Shown: positions 10,465-19,959, numbered from the stretch's first letter. The stretch is DNA of 64,000 nt from Candidatus Tenderia sp. (GCA_031416075.1 JANOSY010000031.1:32001-96000), one strand, 5' to 3'. Notes: generated by a model not told the origin, from the sequence alone. Translations and numbers: made by a program.

Positions 10465-11148
10465 TCAATAGTCATCACACACCGTTGCTAAAAAGTCCTG
10501 CAACGTACGCCCCACGGTTGACTCATAACGCTCCGTTAACAGCACCACCGCCTCCATACGATCCAGCCTGAAGTGGCGAAACTCATCCCTCAGTTCACAC
10601 CAGGCAACCAAGGTCCACACCCTCCCCCAATAGAACAGTCCCAATGGATGCACAATGCGATTGGAGTGCTGCCCATCGGCACGTACATAATCAAAACTGA
10701 CCTTGCGTTGTAACCGCGCCGCATCACGCAGCAGCGGCATATGCAGCCCCGCCTGGGTATTCATTGAAAAATCGGGAACTATAATCTGCTGGCGGCCCAA
10801 CTCTGGCTTCAACCGTTCAGGTACAACCGCTTCGATCTTTTTCAATACCTGGGTGGCCGCTGCTGCCATCTGTTGATCTGTCCACGCCTGCACCATACGC
10901 ACACCCAACAACAGCGCCTCCAGCTCCTGCACCGTAAACATCAGCGGTGGCAGCTGAAACCCTTTCATCAATTTGTAGCCAACACCCGCCTCACCCACAA
11001 TAGGTACGCCGTTCAGGCAGAGGTCCTGGATATCACGATAGATGGTGCGTTCAGAGACTTGCAACAGCTCTGCAAGTGTACGGGCAGTGGTCACACGCTC
11101 ATGGTGCAACTGCTGAACAAGTTGAAAAAGGCGGTCAGCACGGCGCAT
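10465..11148 (-). CDS. YafY-family HTH-WYL transcriptional regulator
   Basis: MRRADRLFQ, VSERTIYRDI HTH, GEAGVGY, WTLVAWCELR..FRHFRLDR. Confidence 0.93.
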   Translation of the reverse strand: MRRADRLFQLVQQLHHERVTTARTLAELLQVSERTIYRDIQDLCLNGVPIVGEAGVGYKLMKGFQLPPLMFTVQELEALLLGVRMVQAWTDQQMAAAATQVLKKIEAVVPERLKPELGRQQIIVPDFSMNTQAGLHMPLLRDAARLQRKVSFDYVRADGQHSNRIVHPLGLFYWGRVWTLVAWCELRDEFRHFRLDRMEAVVLLTERYESTVGRTLQDFLATVCDDY

Positions 11149-11152
11149 TTAA

Positions 11153-11839
11153 TTAATAGTTAAACGCCAGAGACTTACATAAAAAACGCATCAGCGGGTC
11201 CGCCGTAACAAAGCTATCCACCACTGTTGCCAGCAGTTTTTTACCGGTGACGTCACTCTCTTTCAATGGTGCAATGGCGATAAAGTCCTTACGTTTCAGA
11301 TCATCAATGAGGGCATGATCCTTTGCATAACCTCGTGGTGCGTTTACAAGTGCATCACCTTCGAGCTTGAATCTTTTTTTAAACGCCGGGTTCTCTTTAG
11401 CCTTCACCCACTCTTTGTCATTCTCAACAATCGCATCACGAATCTTGCCCAACGTCAACGCATCGGGGTGCCAGATGCCTGCACCAACAAAACAGCCATC
11501 TGTCTCAATATGTAGATAAAACCCCGGGGCATGCACATCCTTACCCAACTGGTGCCGGAACTGGATGCCAATATTGGTTTTATAGGGACGTTTATCTTTC
11601 CCAAAACGCACATCACGATGTACACGCATCAATGAGCCCCCCACCTTCTTTGACACTGCCAGAAAATGGGGGGATATGGCGGGTAACTCATCCGCCATAT
11701 CTTCAATCAACCTCAATGCCGGTGTGCGGACCACCTCTTCATAGCGCGACTTATTCTCCATAAACCAGTCACGATGATTATTCGCCGCCAGTTCACGCAA
11801 AAAATCAAATGTCGCCGCTGAAAAGTAGTGCCCCGCCAT
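11153..11839 (-). CDS. DUF2461 (TIGR02453) family protein
   Basis: FLRELAANNHRDWF, RVHRDVRFGKDKRPYKT, APGFYLHI. Confidence 0.9.
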   Translation of the reverse strand: MAGHYFSAATFDFLRELAANNHRDWFMENKSRYEEVVRTPALRLIEDMADELPAISPHFLAVSKKVGGSLMRVHRDVRFGKDKRPYKTNIGIQFRHQLGKDVHAPGFYLHIETDGCFVGAGIWHPDALTLGKIRDAIVENDKEWVKAKENPAFKKRFKLEGDALVNAPRGYAKDHALIDDLKRKDFIAIAPLKESDVTGKKLLATVVDSFVTADPLMRFLCKSLAFNY

Positions 11840-11844
11840 ACCCG

Positions 11845-12255
11845 TTACTCCGTATCAAAATAGGTAATCAAAGAGACCGCCGCCCCCTGTGGATCAGTAA
11901 TCACCGAGAAGCGCCCAACATTGGGGATATCCTGCGGCGGCACACAAATCTTACCACCCAACTTCACCACCCTCAAAACCATGGCATCAACATCGTCCAC
12001 TGTAATGTAACTGCCCCATGTCGGCGGCATACCATTGGCCTTCGCCTCTGCGGGAATCTCCATGATACCGGCCCTCTCAACGCCTCCTACCTTGGCCATC
12101 GTATAACTCATGCCCTCGGGCATACAATCTGACTCCATATCGTTCAGCACCCACCCCAGCAGCTCACCATAAAAAGCCTTCGCCCCCTGCACATCCGAGG
12201 TCATTAACTCATTCCAGCTGAATGCACCCTGCGTCTTCATCACTTCTGTTTTCAT
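11845..12255 (-). CDS. VOC/glyoxalase family protein
   Basis: FSWNELMTSD..AKAFYGELLGW, YITVDDVD, GRFSVITDPQGA; GGAG RBS before ATG at 12255. Confidence 0.92.
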   Translation of the reverse strand: MKTEVMKTQGAFSWNELMTSDVQGAKAFYGELLGWVLNDMESDCMPEGMSYTMAKVGGVERAGIMEIPAEAKANGMPPTWGSYITVDDVDAMVLRVVKLGGKICVPPQDIPNVGRFSVITDPQGAAVSLITYFDTE

Positions 12256-12292
12256 ACTCTCCTCCTTGGAGATTTGGTTGTCAGGAGCCATC

Positions 12293-12334
12293 AGTATAGG
12301 CAGCCACTCCTGACAGCGTAGTGTCAGGAGTGGC
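12293..12334 (-). promoter_or_regulatory. Putative WYL/YafY operator (13-bp perfect inverted repeat) plus -10 TATACT of the VOC operon promoter
   Basis: GCCACTCCTGACA-gcgtag-TGTCAGGAGTGGC at 12303-12334; minus-strand TATACT at 12298-12293; extra half-site TGTCAGGAG at 12279-12287. Confidence 0.65.
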
Positions 12335-12382
12335 ATAGTGATAAAAAAATATTTTACGCCAACAGCAACAACGCCTGTTCAC

Positions 12383-12709
12383 TCACTGTTCCAATGAAAA
12401 ACCCGACTCCTTCCACCCCTGCTTTCCATCGGTATATTCGAAAACTTTAACATACCCCATCTGCCGCAACTCGGCGGCGGCCTGCTGTGAGTTCTTACAC
12501 AACGCACTTGCACAATACACCACAACCCTCCTGCGTTTATCCGGAATCAACAAAGCCGCTTTATCAGCAACCTCATCCAGCGGAATGTTGATAGCCCCTG
12601 GGATATGCTCAGTATTGTAATAGTGCGCTGGTAGCGCCTCTATCACCACTGGCGCATTATCAGAATTGATCATGCTATATAAATCACTACTCGATATGGA
12701 CTCATTCAT
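12383..12709 (-). CDS. Single-domain rhodanese
   Basis: EHIPGAINIP, VVYCASALCKNS, YTDGKQGW. Confidence 0.9.
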   Translation of the reverse strand: MNESISSSDLYSMINSDNAPVVIEALPAHYYNTEHIPGAINIPLDEVADKAALLIPDKRRRVVVYCASALCKNSQQAAAELRQMGYVKVFEYTDGKQGWKESGFSLEQ

Positions 12710-12735
12710 ACTACCCTCCTCACATCATTAATTTA

Positions 12736-12796
12736 GTTGCACATGCAACAACACAAATGTAGCAGCATATAATTGCATTTGCAACCAGATGCAATT
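12736..12796. promoter_or_regulatory. Putative MarR operator palindromes
   Basis: GTTGCA-ca-TGCAAC (12736-12749) and AATTGCAT...ATGCAATT (12771-12796) between divergent rhodanese and marR. Confidence 0.55.
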
Positions 12797-12808
12797 AAAC
12801 TTGCGCTA

Positions 12809-13261
12809 ATGGAAAAAAATAGACAAAAAAAAGCAGAAACAGCCTGGGTACTACTACTACGCTCCCAACAGGTATTGATCGATATTGTTGAAACCAAATT
12901 AAAAAGTGCCGGATTCCCACCACTCTCCTGGTACGACCTGCTGCTTGAGTTGGATAGAGAACCGGGCCGTGGTCTCAGGCAATATGAGATTGGTGAACGT
13001 GTTCTGCTAAACAAACACAACCTCTCGCGCCTCATAGACCGGTTAGAGAATCAGGCTCTTGTACAGCGAGTGGCATGTAATACTGATGGACGAGGCAACG
13101 TTATAAAAATAACGGAAAAAGGGGTGCATATGCGAAAAGCGATGTGGCCCATCTATGAACAGGCGATTCAAGAGGTGATTGCAAATCCCCTGACCGTCAA
13201 ACAGATCGACTCCCTCACCGATATAATGGGCGCACTCTTAAACCGGCATATTGATGTTTAA
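12809..13261 (+). CDS. MarR-family transcriptional regulator
   Basis: PPLSWYDLLLEL, NLSRLIDRLE, R..C.TDGRG. Confidence 0.92.
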   Translation: MEKNRQKKAETAWVLLLRSQQVLIDIVETKLKSAGFPPLSWYDLLLELDREPGRGLRQYEIGERVLLNKHNLSRLIDRLENQALVQRVACNTDGRGNVIKITEKGVHMRKAMWPIYEQAIQEVIANPLTVKQIDSLTDIMGALLNRHIDV

Positions 13262-13270
13262 GCGCCATTA

Positions 13271-13726
13271 ATGACCCATATATTCAAGCTTCTTTTACCC
13301 ACACTCTTCCCATCCTGGCGCTTTTTCGACGTTATTGCCCCCTCACCACGTATTCAATACGCACTTCTAAACGCTGCGGGTGAGATCACCGATGAGTGGC
13401 AGGAGTTTCGCCCCCATCCAGCCCACCTCCCCTTCAAGCAGATTCTGCAACGCATGGTGTGGAATCCTGACTGGAACGAATCCCTGTTCTTAACCAGTTG
13501 CGCCGAACGACTGCTGGAAAAATCGACCGCCCATAGTGAGGATGAGATATTAAACCGAATAATGGCCGATCTACGAAAAACCGCCACCCATACCCGTCTG
13601 AATACAGCAACACAGCTACAGTTTCGTCTACAGCTTATCCAGCGTAATGGGCAGACCATTGAGCAAGAGATCGTCTTCTACTCCCGTATTCAGCCCATAC
13701 ATAAAGATAAAAAAAGATGGAGTTAG
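13271..13726 (+). CDS. Hypothetical protein, SdpA/DUF5819-like partner of HTTM protein
   Basis: PSWRFFDVIAPSP resembles the W-x-FF-x-P motif of SdpA-like proteins; overlaps HTTM gene start. Confidence 0.55.
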   Translation: MTHIFKLLLPTLFPSWRFFDVIAPSPRIQYALLNAAGEITDEWQEFRPHPAHLPFKQILQRMVWNPDWNESLFLTSCAERLLEKSTAHSEDEILNRIMADLRKTATHTRLNTATQLQFRLQLIQRNGQTIEQEIVFYSRIQPIHKDKKRWS

Positions 13727-14406
13727 ACAACGCCATTCGTCTCACGGAGATAGCCCTAGGGTTTGCATTTATCCAACAAAGCATCGAGCACTTTAAATCA
13801 ACCACCTACGAAAAAACGCTGTTCATTCCCAAGCTAATACTATCGCTAGTATTAATCGCCGGTTTTCAAACACCGTGGATCACACTGTTGCTACTGGTCA
13901 TCAGTCTGGCCATGTTAATCCGCTTTCAAGGCCCCTACAACGGTGGTGCCGATCGCATGAGTCTGCTCATCGTTAGCTGTTTATCTCTGGCTCACTTTGC
14001 CCCAACGCATTACTGGAGAGAAGTTGCATTTGGCTATCTAGCCCTGCAACTACTGCTCTCGTACTTTATTTCGGGATGGGTGAAAATTGTCAATCCAGAG
14101 TGGCGCAGTGGTCGCGCCTTATCGGATGTCTTTCAATTTTCCGCCTACCCTGTCAGTGACGCTTTGCGGCAGCTCGCCCATTCACCACAACTTATTTTTA
14201 TAATGTCCTGGGCAGTTATCCTGTTTGAAATACTGTTTCCGCTATCACTACTCTCAACCACCACACTGATTATTGCCCTATTCATAGCCGCAGGCTTCCA
14301 CTTTGCAAATGCCTGCCTATTTGGCCTTAACCGCTTTTTCTGGATATGGATTGCCGCCTACCCTTCAATACTCTGGTTTCAGCAACGGGTTATAGCTACG
14401 TTTTAA
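13717..14406 (+). CDS. HTTM-domain membrane protein (SdpB/vitamin-K carboxylase-like)
   Basis: Multi-TM; GPYNGGADRM, YFISGWVK..PEWRSG, FEILFP, GFHFANACLFGLNRFFW. Confidence 0.8.
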   Translation: MELDNAIRLTEIALGFAFIQQSIEHFKSTTYEKTLFIPKLILSLVLIAGFQTPWITLLLLVISLAMLIRFQGPYNGGADRMSLLIVSCLSLAHFAPTHYWREVAFGYLALQLLLSYFISGWVKIVNPEWRSGRALSDVFQFSAYPVSDALRQLAHSPQLIFIMSWAVILFEILFPLSLLSTTTLIIALFIAAGFHFANACLFGLNRFFWIWIAAYPSILWFQQRVIATF

Positions 14407-14510
14407 AAACATCTCGTCGCCGCTACTGCCTTAACAGACGTGGTCACGATAAAACAGTACTCACCTTACACAACTGCAAACTACCCGCCCCAACCAATGT
14501 CACCCGTATT

Positions 14511-14540
14511 GTTGGGGTTCGTTCCTCACCCCCAACCTAC
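14511..14540 (-). repeat. REP element (GTAG family)
   Basis: Minus strand GTAG-GTTGGGGGTGAGGAACGAACCCCAAC, hairpin preceded by GTAG. Confidence 0.75.
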
Positions 14541-14710
14541 AAACTCAACTTACAGGCCGGATATACGTGTGCAGTCAAACCTTAAAACTAAAAATGTGGC
14601 AGGCTTGAAAATCGGAAGGAGTCCACATACACATGCGGCTGTGCGGAGTGTGGGGGTCAGTAGCATGCTAACAATCCCTGGGACTTTGACCATCAGCAGT
14701 AAGTGGTTTA

Positions 14711-15904
14711 TTACTCTCCCAGCAGTGAACCGACTGGTTTTAAATCATCCACATGGTCACATACAGCCTTGATGGCCATAAGGATGGGAATACCTAACAG
14801 TAGACCCCATACACCCCACAACCAGCCCCAAAATAGCACCCCTGCAAAAATCACCACGGCGTTCATCTGGCTTGCTCGGCTCGTCAGCCAGGGGGTCAGC
14901 AAAAAACCTTCGAGACTGGTAATAACCAGTGCCGTGCCAGAAACAAATAGCCCCATAGCTATGGTTCCAAACTGGAAAAAAGCGACTAGTGCAACGGTAA
15001 CGGTAAAAATTACCGCGCCGAGATAAGGGATGGTATTTAATATCGCGGCGGTGATACCCCAAATGGCGGCATGTTCCAAGCCGATCCAGAGAAATGCCAA
15101 CCATGTGGCCACGCCTACAAGGGCGCTGGTGAAAAGTTGCACCAGTAGATAACGTTGAATCTGGCCTGTGATCTCATCTAAAACGTGAAGGGTTATTTTT
15201 TTCTTGCTAAAGGTAGGGCCACTAATTTTGACAAGTTTGCGTCGGAAGCTATCGCCGGAAACAATTAGAAAATAGGCGAGAAATAATACGATGGTAACTT
15301 GGCCAGCAAACCCGATTGCCCCCATCGTTCCGGACAAAAGATAATCTTGGATAATGAATTTGGGTTTTTCGATCTGTACCCGTGTTACCCCCCGCGGGGT
15401 GACGGGCGTCGCGGTGGGTGTGTCACTTGCTGCTTTTTCTAACTCGGCGGTTGCTTTTTGCACCTTTTCCATCGCGCTTTCGGAGGTGCCGCGCTCCTCA
15501 CGTAGCAGGTGACGGAACTTCTGTGCAGCCTGGGGAAGACTCTCTATAGTCGCGGCGGCATCATCACTGAGTGAATAAGCCAGTGAGCCTGTACCACCCA
15601 CTATGCCAATTAACAATACTGCAGCACCGATGGCGCGGGGAATTTTCCATTTTTGCATCAAGTTGACAGGCGGTGACAGTGCATAACTGATCATCAAGCC
15701 AAACATCAGCGGGATGAAAAATGCACGCGCCCAATGCAGCGCGAAGATGACGGCAATCACTGTGAGCAGGATAAGTGTAATGCTATGTGCCTCTACCGAA
15801 ATGCGGGGCATAGGTGATTGAGTAGTGCCGGGCACGGTCGTCCGCTGCTGCAATAGGTGTTTAGAGCTCGTGGGGGTGGGTGATGAGGTGGAGGTGGTTT
15901 TCAT
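14711..15904 (-). CDS. AI-2E family transporter
   Basis: Multi-TM; LNTIPYLG, LEGFLLTP, FWGWLWGVWGLLLGIP. Confidence 0.9.
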   Translation of the reverse strand: MKTTSTSSPTPTSSKHLLQQRTTVPGTTQSPMPRISVEAHSITLILLTVIAVIFALHWARAFFIPLMFGLMISYALSPPVNLMQKWKIPRAIGAAVLLIGIVGGTGSLAYSLSDDAAATIESLPQAAQKFRHLLREERGTSESAMEKVQKATAELEKAASDTPTATPVTPRGVTRVQIEKPKFIIQDYLLSGTMGAIGFAGQVTIVLFLAYFLIVSGDSFRRKLVKISGPTFSKKKITLHVLDEITGQIQRYLLVQLFTSALVGVATWLAFLWIGLEHAAIWGITAAILNTIPYLGAVIFTVTVALVAFFQFGTIAMGLFVSGTALVITSLEGFLLTPWLTSRASQMNAVVIFAGVLFWGWLWGVWGLLLGIPILMAIKAVCDHVDDLKPVGSLLGE

Positions 15905-16214
15905 TGCGCATTGCCTCTGGCAGGGTAGTGAAATGTAAACACGCTGATGCTGGAGTTAAGCCTTCACCAAGCCTATCATGTAGCTATGCTGGATAGTATC
16001 TCATTGAGAGGTTTCTGGTTCTGAAATTCAGGTTACAGGTAAGTGACTTATTGTTTTATTACCTGCCTGCCATCGTCGACAAAGTGCGACGGCAGTGTCG
16101 TTAGGGTGAATCACTCTATGGGGTAAGCGTTTTATAGCGTAATTCTAACCGTAATGTGTATACATTATTGTCTCTCCTGGCATCAGGCCAATCTCATCAA
16201 CTGGAGTTATCTCG

Positions 16215-16973
16215 ATGTGGTCATTTGAGCACTGGCGTCAGCAGCGCATTTTGAAACGCAGTGCCATCGACGACGCGCTCTGGAATACACTCTGGAGCCA
16301 GTTACCGTTGCTACATGGGCTGACAGCAGCAGAGGGTGAGCGGCTGCGCGCTCTGGCACTGCTGTTTCTGCACGACAAGGTGATCGAACCCGTGCAAGGG
16401 TTGGCGCTGGATGAGGCGGCGCGTTTGCGTATTGCGGTGTTGGCCTGTCTGCCAATCTTGAATCTTGGTTTCGAGTGGTATGACGGCTGGGTCGAGGTGG
16501 TGGTCTATGCCGACGACTTCATTAACGGCCGTGATGAAGTCGATGAGGCGGGGCTGATCCATCGTAATCACAATGTGTTAAGTGGTGAGGCGTGGAGTCA
16601 TGGGCCGGTGATCTTCTCCTGGGCCAGCGTATTGGCAGCCGGGCAGGGAGATGGCCACAATGTGGTAATCCATGAGATGGCCCATAAGTTGGATATGCTC
16701 AATGGTGTCGCCAATGGTTTTCCGCCGCTGCATGTCGAGATGAAACAACAGGCATGGAGTAATGCCTTTGCCGCGGCCTATGGCGATCTCAGCCGTCGTA
16801 TTGCCAATGGTGAGCGCAGTGAGATCAACAGTTACGCAGCCACTAATCCGGCTGAGTACTTTGCAGTCTGCAGTGAATATTTTTTTGATGCGCCCTGGCA
16901 ACTACTGCATCACTACCCCGACGTCTATCATCAACTGAGTCTCTTCTATCGCCAGACGCCAGTAGGACGGTAG
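16215..16973 (+). CDS. mtfA: MtfA-family zinc peptidase (M90)
   Basis: ACLPILNLG..WY, LSGEAW..GP, NVVIHEMAHKLD, YAATNPAEYFAV. Confidence 0.88.
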   Translation: MWSFEHWRQQRILKRSAIDDALWNTLWSQLPLLHGLTAAEGERLRALALLFLHDKVIEPVQGLALDEAARLRIAVLACLPILNLGFEWYDGWVEVVVYADDFINGRDEVDEAGLIHRNHNVLSGEAWSHGPVIFSWASVLAAGQGDGHNVVIHEMAHKLDMLNGVANGFPPLHVEMKQQAWSNAFAAAYGDLSRRIANGERSEINSYAATNPAEYFAVCSEYFFDAPWQLLHHYPDVYHQLSLFYRQTPVGR

Positions 16974-16976
16974 CAA

Positions 16977-17046
16977 GCAGCCTGGAAGCAGCGCTGCGGA
17001 TCTCGGGAAACAGCTCCCGAATCACACCGCGTTTCATCCAAGCCAC
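16977..17046. repeat. Degenerate REP doublet
   Basis: GCAGCCTGGAAGCAGCGCTGCGGATCTCGGG...CCCGAATCACACCGCGTTTCATCCAAGCCAC; same family as copies at 20039 and 21572. Confidence 0.65.
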
Positions 17047-17100
17047 ACACTGCATTAACACTACACAATTACAAACCACCCGCACCGCCCAATCGTTACA

Positions 17101-18000
17101 CTACAGCGCAACGACCTCTTCTAACCGCCGAATATTGTTCACCTGTAAAGAGTCGCTCAGCGCATCCAGTGCAGCGCCCGGTTCATAATCAAACTGAATA
17201 GTCACGTAATCACCTGCACTCACAGCCATCGGCTTGGCAAGCGGAACAATCAGGTACTGATTATACCAATCAACCGTACGTTGCTCAGCCATCAATATTG
17301 CCAGGATGTTTTTTGTCACCATACGAATAGCATTTAAGTGGCCATCCTTGGCAATTTTTATCGTCCCATCAAAGCTGCATCGCTGCGGTAACTCAGCATC
17401 ATAAGTAAAACTCTGGAATAGCGCCGGATCACTCAACTCACGACTCTTTTCATGAACCGCCGTAGGCTCCTGAAACAAAATTGTCTGGGCGTAATAACCC
17501 TCAAAATTAAAATCCTGCTCAATCGGCTGCACCGCCTGAATACACGCCTCCGGCACAAAGATTGGCAATGGGCCGCCAAATTTTTCCAGGTAACGCTGTT
17601 TAAACTGATCTATCATCGCAACCTGTTTCTCACGCAGCAGCCCCACATGCAACATCTCACAAATCACCACATCAACAGGCTCAGGCGGCAGATAACGGCT
17701 TGCATCCGCCTGAACGATCTCCACCCTATCGCCATTGTTGTTCTGCCGCATAATGCGCCGTGCAGCCGCCACCAGTTCAGGGTTGCGCTCCACACACCAA
17801 ACATGCCCCGCCTGCTGCGCCGCAAAAAAAGATAACACCCCCGTACCACCGCCCAGCTCCAGCACCCGCGCACCCGGCCGCACCACCTCTTGCAACGCAC
17901 GTTTGAAGCCCTGCATACGCGCAGTATCGTTAAGCATGTTGTAGTGATACTGCAACGGGATAAACTGGCCCAACTCCAGATGGTCATATCTACTCTTCAT
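17101..18000 (-). CDS. SAM-dependent methyltransferase with protein-arginine-methyltransferase-like architecture
   Basis: HYNMLND..R, VLELGGGTGVLSFFAA, VDVVICEMLHVGLLRE, C-terminal beta-rich domain. Confidence 0.8.
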   Translation of the reverse strand: MKSRYDHLELGQFIPLQYHYNMLNDTARMQGFKRALQEVVRPGARVLELGGGTGVLSFFAAQQAGHVWCVERNPELVAAARRIMRQNNNGDRVEIVQADASRYLPPEPVDVVICEMLHVGLLREKQVAMIDQFKQRYLEKFGGPLPIFVPEACIQAVQPIEQDFNFEGYYAQTILFQEPTAVHEKSRELSDPALFQSFTYDAELPQRCSFDGTIKIAKDGHLNAIRMVTKNILAILMAEQRTVDWYNQYLIVPLAKPMAVSAGDYVTIQFDYEPGAALDALSDSLQVNNIRRLEEVVAL

Positions 18001-18110
18001 ACACACTCCCCGATCAGATTGATTACAAACAGCCATCAAAAGTGGAGTTATTCGACTCAACACCCTGCACCAGCCATTGTTTTTATAACCCAAACTACTA
18101 AAGCCTATAA

Positions 18111-18126
18111 AGCAAGGTGCGGGCCA
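18111..18126 (-). promoter_or_regulatory. Sigma-54 (-24/-12) promoter of the methyltransferase gene
   Basis: Minus strand TGGCCCG-CACC-TTGCT matches TGGCACG-N4-TTGCW. Confidence 0.7.
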
Positions 18127-18301
18127 ATCAAAAAAACAGGATAGATCCAGGGTGTAACCGATCTATTGCGGCAGCACGTTGCCGCAACAATTAGAGAACA
18201 ATGGCAAGTGCGGAGAAAAATTGCCTATTCAAGAATCGGTTTCAGAGGTAAGTACGTAACAATATAACCAGACAAAACATCCATCAAACCTACTGTACAG
18301 A

Positions 18302-19159
18302 CTACTTTAACCAATCACCAAATTCAGGTGGTAAAGGCGTAATCGTACCCGTGGTTGGCCAGTTCTGTTTGTTTGCCATTGCGGCAATGTTTTCAATCCG
18401 GTTAGCCGTTTGCGGGTGACTATTAAAAAATTCCGGAGGCTGGCCACCAGTCTCCTGCAACTGGTCCAATACATTAAACAGCGTGTCGGCACCCGCCACA
18501 TGGCCATAGAGCTGTGCCAGGGCCTGCAACGCAGTTTCATCAGACTGCTGTTCTTGTTCGCGGCTGAATTTAAGCGCCGTCAACAGCCCCGCTCCACCCA
18601 GCACATCACTCATTATAGAAGCACCGGCCGCACTACTAACCACGGCAATAGCGGTTCCCGTAATCACACCACGCCCCAGCGACTTGATTGGATGGCGATA
18701 CTTAACATGGGCAATTTCATGGGCCATCACCATCGCCAGCGCATTTTCATTAGAGACGTTCTGCAACAAACCACGAAAGAAAAACAAATGGCCACCCAGT
18801 GTGGCAAAGGCATTCACCGTCTCATCATTGATGTAATGAACCGTAATAGTCATCCCTTCCGGCAACCCCTCCGCCACCGCCACACGCTCCGCCAACGACT
18901 GCAGGTAGCCTGTCATCGCGGTCTCATCTGGCGTCACATGCTCATCTTTGAGCTGGTCGACAAATATATTTGCCATCTTCTGTTCCGCACTAAACGGAAT
19001 AAAAGGTGCCAGCAGATGGGCAGCCAGGCCAAGTGAGACAACAATCACCACAATAAACAACACAACAGCCGCCAGCAGCAAGCCAAACTCTTTGAGTGGA
19101 TGCTCCTTGCTGGTATTGATGCCTTCCGGCGGTTGGACCTGTCGGTATTCCAGGGTCAC
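18302..19159 (-). CDS. M48-family zinc metalloprotease
   Basis: VNAFATLGG, VMAHEIAHV, FSREQEQQSD, FNSHP..RI. Confidence 0.92.
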   Translation of the reverse strand: MTLEYRQVQPPEGINTSKEHPLKEFGLLLAAVVLFIVVIVVSLGLAAHLLAPFIPFSAEQKMANIFVDQLKDEHVTPDETAMTGYLQSLAERVAVAEGLPEGMTITVHYINDETVNAFATLGGHLFFFRGLLQNVSNENALAMVMAHEIAHVKYRHPIKSLGRGVITGTAIAVVSSAAGASIMSDVLGGAGLLTALKFSREQEQQSDETALQALAQLYGHVAGADTLFNVLDQLQETGGQPPEFFNSHPQTANRIENIAAMANKQNWPTTGTITPLPPEFGDWLK

Positions 19160-19638
19160 TCTCCTATTGCAGTGGGTAGTGCAGCGGGCGCAACAACGGG
19201 AATAATGGCAGTGCCATAAGCCAACACCTCCACCGAACCAATATTGTTCTTGCGCCCCTTGTAGATACTGGCAGTCTCTAACTTGATATTAAAAACCATC
19301 TTGGCACCCAAGCCATCGGCCTGCTCCTTCATACGCAACACCGCCTCGCGGCGGGCACGGTCAAGCAGCGTCTCATAACTCCTTATTCGCCCACCCACCA
19401 AACTACGCAAGCCAGCGGCAATACGTTTAAAGTAATCAATTGAAATCACCACACTGCCCGTCACCAGCTGAGTGCGTTGGGGAACAAGCGATGGCGGCGG
19501 CAGACGTAGCGCAATCGCAGGGATACGATTCAGATCAATCTCACGTTCAATAATGGATTTGTAGTGGCGCTGCTCAGCAACCCGGCCAAAGCCATAACCC
19601 AGCCCCAACAGCACCAGAAAAACAATCAGATCAAACAT
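19156..19638 (-). CDS. YbjQ/UPF0145 family protein with N-terminal TM helix
   Basis: GLRSLVGGRIRSYETLLDRARREA, EVLAYGTA. Confidence 0.88.
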   Translation of the reverse strand: MFDLIVFLVLLGLGYGFGRVAEQRHYKSIIEREIDLNRIPAIALRLPPPSLVPQRTQLVTGSVVISIDYFKRIAAGLRSLVGGRIRSYETLLDRARREAVLRMKEQADGLGAKMVFNIKLETASIYKGRKNNIGSVEVLAYGTAIIPVVAPAALPTAIGE

Positions 19639-19644
19639 AAGGGT

Positions 19645-19959
19645 CTAATCCAGAATCACGGCAGTGCCGTAGGCATACAGCTCTGCTGCACCTTGGGTGA
19701 CCGACGACGTAGAAAAGCGAATATTCAGCACCGCATTTGCCCCCGCCGCCTCCGCCTGCTGCACCATGCGCGAAACTGCCTCTTCACGCGACTCCTGCAA
19801 CAACTCTGTATATCCCTTCAGCTCACCGCCAAAGATATTTTTAAGGCTCGCCATAATGTCACGCCCCACATGTTTGGCGCGCACAGAGTTACCTTGCACC
19901 AACCCCAGGTGTTCTTTCACCATCCGGCCCGGTACGATTTCAAGGTTAGTTAACAGCAT
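19645..19959 (-). CDS. YbjQ/UPF0145 family protein
   Basis: GLVQGNSVRAKHVGRD, LKNIFGGELKGYTELL, ELYAYGTA. Confidence 0.92.
   Translation of the reverse strand: MLLTNLEIVPGRMVKEHLGLVQGNSVRAKHVGRDIMASLKNIFGGELKGYTELLQESREEAVSRMVQQAEAAGANAVLNIRFSTSSVTQGAAELYAYGTAVILD

Noticed and set aside
14440-14772. 110-aa ORF as a possible SdpC-like precursor
   Set aside because: Runs through a REP, overlaps the AI-2E gene end, has no signal peptide or clear RBS
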